A stretch of 64,000 nt of DNA, from positions 60,078,001 through 60,142,000 of the forward strand of contig NC_042997.1 of assembly GCF_006345805.1 (NCBI RefSeq), written 5' to 3'. Below the pieces are notes generated by a model. That model saw only the letters and a program-made list of their open reading frames with translations, ran no database searches and was not told the DNA's origin. Source of the stretch: Octopus sinensis. Lineage: Eukaryota. Below are positions 53,597-64,000 of this stretch, in pieces. Both the position numbers and the translations under genes were made by a program. Within the stretch, counting starts at the first letter, position 1. Each line of letters opens with the position of its first letter.

Positions 53597-54100
53597 TGAG
53601 TAAGAGAGCAGTGCATGCCATCAAAGTGACACTGGGGTAAAATATACGAAGCCCAGTAAACTCATCATGACTATGGTGATCTCATATCAAGATAAACAGC
53701 ACATCACCTTGCAGGTGGGGCTCAATTAGAATTTTCTTCTGGTCGCGTAGCCCATCCCGGTCAAAAGGTCCCTGAATAAGGATTGATTAAGGATGCTGAA
53801 CGAACCATCCATGTTTCAGAGGTGAATTAACCAAACCTCTAAGAATTCCTTTCAACACACAGCTATGATGCTCCCCCACTACTTCTGCTCGTGGTCATAG
53901 ATGCACATATCGTCAGCCACTAAGAGACATGGTCAACTGGTTAAGGTCAAACAACTGACCAGTAAATCTGTGGTATTGAGCAGAATATTTGCTGTAGCCC
54001 ATCTTTTATACCAAGACAAAACAATGTACATGATAACACTTCCAATTAGTTAAGATCAGAAGCCATGAGAGCCATTGTCTGGTACTGCATGAGAGCAATT
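53597..54100 (-). mobile_element. ~540-bp non-coding retroposon copy with an internal deletion
   Basis: Reverse complement of 22385-22927; (ATT)n on the left. Confidence 0.85.
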
Positions 54101-54111
54101 ATTATTTTTTT

Positions 54112-55215
54112 TCTCTTCATCACAGGTTTTGTTGGAGCTCCTGGAGTTTTGTATGCGTAGAGGGTTTACTATCTGCAGCCTGCAATACCATGCTATTCGT
54201 TCTTTTCAGCTATTTAATACTTTCCTGATTATTCTGGCCGTCCCAAGGAGGCAAACCTTTTGTAACCGTTCTACTGGGCACTCTATTCCAAATACCTTCA
54301 TGTTCCTCTTGATGCCTTCTGATACTGTCCCCAAAGACTCAGCAATAATTGGCACTATCTTCACCATCATTTTTTATAGCCGGGCTATTTCATACTTAAG
54401 AAGGTTGTATTTACCTATTTTTTCGCCTTCCTCCTTGACTATTCGTGGGTCAAAGGGGCATGCAACAGCAAGTATATAGTACATGTGGTGCACGTGTCGA
54501 TCATCACTAGATCCAGACTGTTATGCACTAGCACCTGATCTGTTTGGTTTGGGAAATTCCAAAGGATTTTGCTAGTCTCTGACTCCCCCACTCTCTGTGG
54601 TTTGTGCTCATACCACGTCCTGCCTTTCTCTAACCGCTACTCCATACAGATTCCAACCACAGGGTGGTGTTTGTACCATTTGTCAGTGGTTTTGATTTTA
54701 CAATGCCGACATATTATCCAGTGTAGATATTGGCTGACTCTGTCATGTCTGGAGTTATACTTTACAGTTGCTAAAACCTTACAACCAGAGATTAGGTGAT
54801 CCACTGATTCAATCCCATCGTTGCAGTATCGGTACTTTGGGTCTACACCATTTGTTATCACATTGGCTTGATAGTTGCTGGTCAATAGGCTCTGATTTTG
54901 AGCAGCCAATATAATGCCTTCACTCTCTGCCTTTAGCCTTAAGCTCCGTAGTCACTTACGTGTGTGCTTCTGCTCTACATCAGCTTGTTTGCTACGGTGC
55001 TTCGGGTCACTTATTTACCATGCAGAGGACTTTGTTCCCACCTATCAACCAATTGTTCAAATACAATTTGCTTTGCTATTGACTTCGCCTTCTTTGCAAC
55101 TATAGTTGTCGTACTTCGATCATGCTGTTTAACCTGGGTATTATACATGAACTCACATTTTGTTCTCCTTCATAACAGAATGAAGTTTCTTACGTCTTTT
55201 ATGGTTTTCAAAGAG
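54112..55215 (-). mobile_element. Composite RLE LINE: one family at 54661-55215 fused to the 3' end of another at 54112-54660
   Basis: ..AAQNQSL..RYCNDGIESVDHLISGC..WYKHHP, then restart at WNL..WYEHKPQRV..KILWNF..LQKVCLLGTARIIRKVL. Confidence 0.75.
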
Positions 55216-55262
55216 TTTTTGCATCCATATTATCCTCCTCCTCCTCCTCCTCCTCCTCCTCC

Positions 55263-55365
<103 letters not shown>

Positions 55366-55370
55366 CATTA

Positions 55371-55956
55371 TTACTTTTTTTTTCTTCTTTCAAATTTGCT
55401 TCCATTTTTTGCCGAGTGTCTTCCCGACTCCTAGGGCAAAGAAACTCATAGTATACATTGGTAGGCCATTAAACCAAACTCAGTAGTTCGTTAATTTTTT
55501 TTTTTTTTTTAAAGTTAAATTAAAATAGATGAGCAGCAACAGTTCTCACATCGACAATGCTCTTCTCAATACGTGTGATTACCAGTTAAGACAATCTTTT
55601 GCACTTCTTGCAGGGATGGTAAGCCAGGGATCATTCTCATATAATTTTCGGTTCCCTTCTTGATCATTCCTAGTGCTCCTACGATCACTGGTATTGTAAC
55701 CGCCTTGAGATGCCACATTTTCTCAATTTCAATGAGTAGGTCTTTATATTTTCTGAGCTTGTCAAACTCTTTCGCTGAGATATTATGATCACAGGGGATG
55801 CTCATGTCGATCAATAAGCAAACTTATTGTTTTGGTCTTTCTTCTTCTTCTTCTTCTTCTTCTTCTTCTTCTTCTTCTTCTTCTTCTTCTTCTTCTTCTT
55901 CTTCTTCTTCTTCTTCTCTCTTCTTCTTCTGTTCTCTCTTCTTCTTCTTCTTCTTC

Positions 55957-55993
<37 letters not shown>

Positions 55994-56593
55994 ATTATTA
56001 CTGCTATCCTGAACGGTAGTGGCTTCTTTGGCAGTACTAACTTTTAAAAATGCTATTTGGATGGCCGTTGATTCTTCAGAGTTCATCCACCCTTAGGCAG
56101 GTCTTATATTTTCATCCTGCAGGATGACGAAAAGCAAAAAGAACACCCTTCTTACAGAGCAAGCACTGTAGAGTTGCTGGTTTAGTCACCGATGGCCTGA
56201 CTTTTGTGATTCAATTTCACGACTTCAGTTATTGTGGTGGTGAAGGGCCGAGTGTCACGTACCTGAGTAAATAAGATATGGGAACATGCTGTGAAAGGAA
56301 GGAACAAAAAAGAAAGGAGCTCAAATGTGGGAGGGGGAAGAGAAAAGATGGTACGAGAACATGTGTGCTTCACTGTGCGAAAGTATACAATGAATGGTAG
56401 TGGTGGTAGTGGGGATCCGGGCTTTCTGGTGGTGGTGATGGGGATCTGCTGAACGAAGGAGGAAAATTAGAAGTCACAGAACCAAATAATAATAATAATA
56501 ATAATAATCCTTAAATCCTTAAAAATGTTTTAGCCCGAAGGCCTAATAATAATAATGATGATGATGATGATAATAATGAAAATAATAATAATA

Positions 56594-56642
<49 letters not shown>

Positions 56643-57283
56643 TATTATTATTATTATTATTATATTATTATTATTATTATTATATTATTATTATTATTAT
56701 TATTATTATCATTATTACTTTTTTTTTCTTCTTTCAAATTTGCTTCCATTTTTTGCCGAGTGTCTTCCCGACTCCTAGGGCAAAGAAACTCATAGTATAC
56801 ATTGGTAGGCCATTAAACCAAACTCAGTAGTTCGTTAATTTTTTTTTTTTTTAAAGTTAAATTAAAATAGATGAGCAGCAACAGTTCTCACATCGACAAT
56901 GCTCTTCTCAATACGTGTGATGTACCAGTTAAGACAATCTTTTGCACTTCTTGCAGGGATGGTAAGCCAGGGATCATTCTCATATAATTTTCGGTTCCCT
57001 TCTTGATCATTCCTAGTGCTCCTACGATCACTGGTATTGTAACCGCCTTGAGATGCCACATTTCTCAATTTCAATGAGTAGGTCTTTATATTTTCTGAGC
57101 TTGTCAAACTCTTTCGCTGAGATATTATGATCACAGGGGATGCTCATGTCGATCAATAAGCAAACTTATTGTTTTGGTCTTTCTTCTTCTTCTTCTTCTT
57201 TTCTTCTTCTTCTTCTTCTTCTTCTTCTTCTTCTTCTTCTTCTTCTTCTTCTTCTTCTTTTCTCTTCTTCTTCTCTTCTTCTT

Positions 57284-57366
<83 letters not shown>

Positions 57367-58055
57367 TGCTATCCTGAACGGTAGTGGCTTCTTTGGCAGT
57401 ACTAACTTTTAAAAATGCTATTTGGATGGCCGTTGATTCTTCAGAGTTCATCCACCCTTAGGCAGGTCTTATATTTTCATCCTGCAGGATGACGAAATAG
57501 CAAAAAGAACACCCTTCTTACAGAGCAAGCACTGTAGAGTTGCTGGTTTAGTCACCGATGGCCTGACTTTTGTGATTCAATTTCACGACTTCAGTTATTG
57601 TGGTGGTGAAGGGCCGAGTGTCACGTACCTGAGTAAATAAGATATGGGAACATGCTGTGAAAGGAAGGAACAAAAAAGAAAGGAGCTCAAATGTGGGAGG
57701 GGGAGAGAAAAGATGGTACGAGAACATGTGTGCTTCACTGTGCGAAAGTATACAATGAATGGTAGTGGTGGTAGTGGGGATCCGGGCTTTCTGGTGGTGG
57801 TGATGGGGATCTGCTGAACGAAGGAGGAAAATTAGAAGTCACAGAACCAAATAATAATATAATAATAATAATCCTTAAATCCTTAAAAATGTTTTAGCCC
57901 GAAGGCCTAATAATAATAATGATGATGATGATGATGATAATAATGAAAATAATAATAATAATAATAAAATAATAATAATAATAATAATAATATAATAATA
58001 TAATAATAATTATTATTATATTATTATTATATTATTATTATTATTATTATTATTA

Positions 58056-58095
<40 letters not shown>

Positions 58096-58120
58096 ATATT
58101 ATTATCATTATTATTATTTC
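55371..58120. repeat. Tandem duplication, ~1.33-1.41 kb unit x2
   Basis: 55371 aligns with 56705 (offset 1334); each unit holds an RLE 3' end (minus; MIDMSIP..KYKDLLIEI), (CTT)n(ATT)n, unique sequence and (AAT)n(ATT)n. Confidence 0.95.
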
Positions 58121-59399
58121 GGATATGGATCAATTACAACGACGAATTGCAAGATAGTGGAGTGTCCTTTTTTTTCTGTTTTTACATAAAATAGGTAAAA
58201 AGCATAAATAAAATTAAATCTAAAAATAAAAAATAAAAAATGAATGATTTGTTGGAGAAATTACGGAAAGGTCAAAAGAATTCTGACTTGATAATAAATA
58301 GTTGTTCAGATGTTGATTCATTGTGCTTCGGCTAATATCAATCTGAATATGTCGCTAACATCAAAGACTTTATATCTGAAATGAATATACAGCGATTCAC
58401 AGATAAGATATAACACAAACGAATTATTCCGTAAAGATTTAACAATAATATGAAGGCTGTGCATGTGTGCACATGTATTTGTATTTGTGTTAGTGTGTAT
58501 GAGTGAGCATGTGTATTGGCGAGGAAGTAAGATAATAATCAAATTTTGAAAATGGTACAATACAAACATATCTATGTGGAATATCTACGATAACTTTTTA
58601 TTGGATAATAGTCAATCTGAAATCTTTTCCAATGTTTGTATGAAATATTTTCTTAGTAGTTTGGTACATTTCATTAATTATGATACCACCAAATTCATTT
58701 TGTGCATATTCATCTCGGCACTTGAATAGCCAAAACTACAGGAACTCTCAGAAGACGTTACTAATGTCTAAAACGGTAATAATTCTACACCGAAACGATA
58801 TGCTTTTCATACGTTGAAAAATTATGTTTGATATACTTGATTAACTCATCATACATACATACTTAAACATATGCATAATACACACACACACGCACGCACA
58901 TAAATATACATGGATAGATACATAAAGTGAGAGATGTTATCAGTTGTTCATAAATCAGAAAAAAATCACTCTCTTTACCACTTTAGTGGTCATTCCTCTT
59001 ATTAATTGTAATATAACTTTTAAAGTCTTCGGATTTTTTGAATATGCTAGACCACTGGTTTAAATTGATGTTAATTGATTGATATCAATTTCTACCCTCA
59101 GTATTTTAATTTTGATATATATATATATATTGTAAATTGGACATGGGCGATCGTTGTATTCTTTCTTGTCTTGAGGTTCACAGCCAAACGGCTGGCTGGA
59201 TTCCCGTGAAAAATGGCACATATGTGGAGACGGGTGCATAGATTGGAATGCACTTTATATTATTTTCCTAGCCACCATACTTACAGAGAACAGCGATTAA
59301 AGCTTTTTCTAATGGAATTCCTCTGTTTGTTCTGTCATTAAAACAACCAGTTGCTCACACAGCCGGCATATACCATTTCGCTAGCAACAATATATATAT

Positions 59400-59460
<61 letters not shown>

Positions 59461-59464
<4 letters not shown>

Positions 59465-60174
59465 CTAAGCAATAAAGGGTTTAGCAACGAATTGCCTTAC
59501 CACATGCCGAATTTAGAAATAGCAGTGAAAGAGTTATAGCTATTTCTTCTACTAAAAAGGGAGATCTCAGTAAAAACAGCAATTGGAAGGCAGACACAAA
59601 CAGGTAAGAGAGAATGAATTGACGGCAATCTATCATACAATTTTAAGTTATCTACGGACGCACGTTTCGAAATCAAGTTTTTAGGAAAGCATAAGAATTA
59701 AATATTAAATAATTCTACCTTACCAAAACTTCTTTTCTCTTCAGCGTAGAATACTATAATCATAAATGATTATATATTGAATTTTGAGATACTAGAAGGC
59801 ACCAACTCAACTCAGTATCAGAGCGAGCTAGAATCCGCAACTAGTATCACCAAATTCAATGTGTGAATGAAAAGATTGTGTCACCAGCCCCTTCCCACCC
59901 GCGTGTAGCCAAAACAAGATGCTGTGGTCATCTACTGAGATAAAATATGGTTATCCGTAATAATGAAGGGTGAAATTAATTAATTTGGAATAATTATCAA
60001 TTACACCAAGTAGTCTTCGGCATGTAAAAGCCTCATTCGAGGAAAATTTAAGTAATACTAAGCAATAAAGGGTTTAGGAACGAATTGCCTTACCACATAC
60101 CGAATTTAGAAATAAGCAGTCAAAGAGTTATAGCTATTTCTTCTACTAAAAAGGGAGATCTCAGTAAAAACAGC

Positions 60175-60178
<4 letters not shown>
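59461..60178 (-). mobile_element. 593-bp-period partial tandem element with hammerhead, in (TA)n
   Basis: ~124-bp direct repeats at 59461-59584 and 60054-60178 with a few differences; homologous to the sequence forming the 44645 palindrome. Confidence 0.8.
59652..59749 (-). ncRNA. Type I hammerhead ribozyme with long loop II
   Basis: Minus: CTACG CTGAAGA GAAAAGAAG..CTTGATTTC GAAA CGTGCG TC CGTAG. Confidence 0.8.
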
Positions 60179-60260
<82 letters not shown>

Positions 60261-60479
60261 TGTGTCTGTGTGTCTGTGTTTGTCCCCCAGCATCGCTTGA
60301 CAACAAATGCTGGTGTGTTTACTTCCCCGTAAGTTAGCGGTTCGGCAAAAAAGACCGATAGAATAAGTAACAGGCTTACAAATAATACGTCCTGGGATCG
60401 ATTTGTTCGACTAAAGGCGGTGTCCCAGCATGGCCACTGTCAAATAACTGAAACAAATAATAGAATAAAAGAATATATA

Positions 60480-60880
60480 CTTTTTTAGTAAAGTTGCAAA
60501 AACTTCACAAAAACTATTACTCAGAGTTTCACATTCCCGCTCGACATATAGTTGTGATCAAGACTTGAATAAAATTATGATGGTACATGTAATATATGTT
60601 TTGAAATAATTCAATTTGACGAAACCGTTAGCAAATACAAAACCGTTTATATATTGAAAATAAGTTAACCAATCTAATTCAAATGCTTATTTGTCAAATT
60701 GAAGCATATCAACTTATATATTACATGTACCATTATAATTTCACTCGAGTCTTGATCACAACTATCCGACGAACTGGAACGTGAAAAACTCTGAGTAACA
60801 GTGTTTGAGATGTGTTTGCAGCTTTAATAAAAAAAAGCATATTATTAGAGTACTATTTTTTCCATCTTGTTTTGCATTAT
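60480..60880. mobile_element. Small inverted-arm element with eroded hammerheads
   Basis: 60548-60597 is the imperfect reverse complement of 60716-60765; arms continue into GAAA(A)CTCTGAGTA motifs on opposite strands. Confidence 0.65.
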
Positions 60881-63465
60881 GTGCTTACTTGTGTGTGTGT
60901 GTGTGTGTATGTCTACATAAGCATATGAATCTTAGATGTTTGGTTGTGTGGCATTCAGAGCCTGGTGTCTTCGGTTAGAAGAATACAAATCACAATAAAC
61001 AAGCCATAAAATAAGGGACAGAGAGAGATAGACAGACAGAGACAGAGAAACAGACAGACAGACGGACAGAGACAGAGAGAGAGAGAGTGATAGATAGATA
61101 GATGGAGAGAGAGAGAGAAAGAGAATTCTCTAGAAAAAGAGAATTCTCTCAACCCCCACAAAATGTATGGATATCCACTCAAAAACACAAGCATAAAAAA
61201 GCAAAACAAAAAGACACAACTAAAGATCATGTGGCTTTACTAGTTCTAAAAATATATTTTGATACGACGAAGCATCAGGGTAAAAATCTCATTATGTCAG
61301 TGAATAGTCATTCTCTTAGCTGTGTTTCAAATACTGAGACAAAAATGAATAAATAAAATGAAAACTAAAACTAAACAATATATGCATAAAAATAAGTTCT
61401 TAAATAAAAATTTTAAAATGAATAAGCATCAACAGTTTCATTATACCATTCGACATAGGCGGTTGTGTTTATTGGAGCTAAGGGAGTTACTTGTAGTCAC
61501 AAGTCTAGAAGAGTCAACGCAGTATTTCGTTTTACATCCAATCAACATAGTACCAGTAATCTATGGCAGTGAGAAATTTGTTTCTACGCCTACGCGTTAT
61601 AAATATTTACAGTTGTGTGTTTAAAATGCTTCAATTTGTTTCTGTTTGTAAGCCTTTCCTTACTAGAAGTGAAAACTATACTTGAATCTGAAGACCCGAT
61701 GCAGACATCGCATATATATATATACGTGTGTGTGTGTGTGGGGGGGCAGGTAGGTGTGTGTGCATGTGTATTTATGTTTGTATGTATATGTGTATATGTG
61801 TATGTGCATGCGTGTATGTTTATATGACAATATATTTCCCACGTTCTTATTTTGTTACTTATGTCTGTTTCACGCCTCTCTCTTTCTCTCTCTCTCTCTC
61901 TCTATGTATGTATCTCTCTAATTCTACCTCCCTGAATGCCTATTCTTATGTTATCCTTTTAAACATGCAATCAAATACCAAGGACCCAACGGATGAAAAT
62001 GTAGCTTCTGCAGCCGTCGAAAGGGCATCGTGTCTAGAAAATCCTATCACTCTAAATTGCAAATAACCAGAAAAGGCAAAGTGGAGACCTAATCTTCCTG
62101 GCCAACATTTCGTGACTTAATGCTATGATAAACTCCACAGTCTTTAACATATCGATCAGTTTAAAACCATCACTTGAGCTCGAGAGTCCTAACTAAATAT
62201 TTAGGTAGGTGCTAATGTGCTTTATATTAAAATTCCACCCGAGCTTAGAAGAAATAAACAATAGCTGAAATATCAGTTCTGATCCAAAAGGTAGGGGAGA
62301 TAACACCAAAATTTCAATGATTGAAAATAAATTAGGAATGTCTCTTAAAATCCTAATAGTTCTCATTGGGTCATAAATAAGGTTCCTGCTTCTATTTGAT
62401 TATAGAAATTCACTAAACGGTTGTCTCCCTCAAAGAATGTGTGTAGGTGATTTGATCAAATAATAGTTCATTGAGAGATTAATCTTCCTCGGACGATAAA
62501 TACAAAAAATATAATTGACGTTAAAGACAATAATGATAATATCGATGAAAGTATGTTTCACCAGATCCTAGAAATAAAGTAACAACAAATGGGTATATTT
62601 CAGTTTTATTAAATCACCTCAGCGAAGTATAGTCAATAGCGGTGCTGCCAAACAAGGGTTCAGAGATATATAGGTTTTGTGAAAAACCGCTGATAACTTT
62701 AAAATAAGTAATAAGGATATTTCATCAACTTTTAGTAAAGTTGGCATCGTTGAAAACATTCGGAACTGAGCCCATTTTGAAAACAACGCAATTCGCTTCA
62801 TTGTGTAGTGGAACGTATTTGTTTTACTGCTGTGTCGACACTAAAAATACTTTATATCTATTTCCTTCTCATTTTTTGCCTAGCCACAACCGTCTCTGTT
62901 ACCCACTGGTATGTTCGAGTAACATACCTTACAATACACCCGACTGATTAAATCACCATGTACTTAAAGAAAGCTAACTGGTCAGAGCTTCCCCATTCTC
63001 TGCTGATGTACGCTTAGCCTTCGACTTACCTGAAACATCTAAGCAGGTGACCGAAAAGATCCTCATAGATATGTATTTCCAAATACCTATCTCGGCCAAA
63101 TCCGGTAACCAAAATACCCATATGCTTCTTTCGCAGTTACGGTATAACAATACAGGTGAAAGATACTGCCTATCACGTTCACAGAGTAACCAAGTTCGAA
63201 GTTTTCCATTCGCTTCAATCCAACATTAAAGGAGAAACGCTACTGTTTCTCTCATTCCCATCAAGGTCAACTGTCACTCCTAATTATCAACTTCATTTCT
63301 AGCATCTCAAAAATGAAAGGGAAGATTACAAGTAACCATTTCCTCTAAAGAAATATACTTCATTCCTAAAAAAGATCATATCAGTGAAGGAAAGAATGAA
63401 AATACTGAATGTGTCGAGAAACTGTCGAGGTCTGACTGAGTCTATTTCCTTCTCGTCCACTGCAG

Positions 63466-63650
63466 TTACCGCCAGAACTACAAGAATATTGGGGAGAAGA
63501 AAGAGTAAAACATATCCATGCTGTGACACTGCAGTCCATACGATTCAGTGCATGTCAGAGTGTACAGAAATATTCCAGCCCGGCGGTAGCATGGAATATG
63601 TGGAGGAACACATCTATATGTTTGTTTAGTCGATTGGCTGACTATTTACC
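63466..63650 (+). CDS. Probable internal coding exon of an unidentified host gene
   Basis: Pyrimidine tract TATTTCCTTCTCGTCCACTGCAG acceptor and CC|GTAAGT donor; open frame LPPELQEYWGEERVKHIHAVTLQSIRFSACQSVQKYSSPAVAWNMWRNTSICLFSRLADYLP, with in-frame stops just outside both splice sites. Confidence 0.55.
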
Positions 63651-64000
63651 GTAAGTATACTACATATAAAAATATGTTGGTGAAGTTGGGATAAAAATCA
63701 ACAGCAATAACAACAAATTTCATCCTGATCACTTGCTGAACGCTTATAAAGCTTTGCATCTATAGTCAAGCATAACAGCTCACATATTTGATATAATACA
63801 TGATATGATAGTTGTTTTGAACATATGTCACAGACCATTTCGGTAGCGGGGAAAGGCAAAGTTAACACCAGTGATATATATGGAAGTCAGTAAGAATGGT
63901 GTGTGAGACATCAAGACGATGCTAAAAGAAAAAAAAAAACCCGGAATACCATGCAATTATTTCTACGCCATAACCAATAAACAGAAGAGAGTTAAAATGT

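Noticed and set aside
62960-63240. Open frames on both strands with a minus-strand GTAAGT donor near 63030
   Set aside because: Cannot choose strand or frame and no family motif recognised.
63326-63529. Minus ORF resembling a signal peptide plus hemopexin-like YFFRG motif
   Set aside because: Starts at GTG after an in-frame stop, has no good splice sites, and overlaps a better-supported plus-strand exon.

Overview
AT-rich animal nuclear DNA, almost entirely repeats. The SINE and LINE families and the dense (TA)n, (TATG)n and (AAT)n microsatellites resemble an octopus/cephalopod genome (inference). No complete host gene is visible; the best candidate is one internal exon at 63466-63650. Main contents: (1) stacks of RLE-type non-LTR retrotransposons (R4/Dong-like) in (AAT)n arrays at 18.3-24.2 kb and 52.2-58.1 kb, plus a second RLE family tied to (CATA)n; (2) several Penelope-like elements (PLEs), including a 5.9 kb element with 2.1 kb inverted arms; (3) mariner, Helitron, CR1-like and tRNA-SINE copies; (4) short non-coding, partially tandem (1.1-1.5-mer) elements in (TA)n, each carrying a type I hammerhead ribozyme motif. 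The best of these is a 353-bp, hairpin-rich, retrozyme-like unit at 49921-50392 with a canonical hammerhead at 50180-50224. Frequent 1-bp indels in homopolymers and microsatellites suggest imperfectly polished long-read sequence, so frameshifts, palindromes and tandem duplications need read-level checking. Most ORFs in the supplied track are microsatellite translation artefacts.
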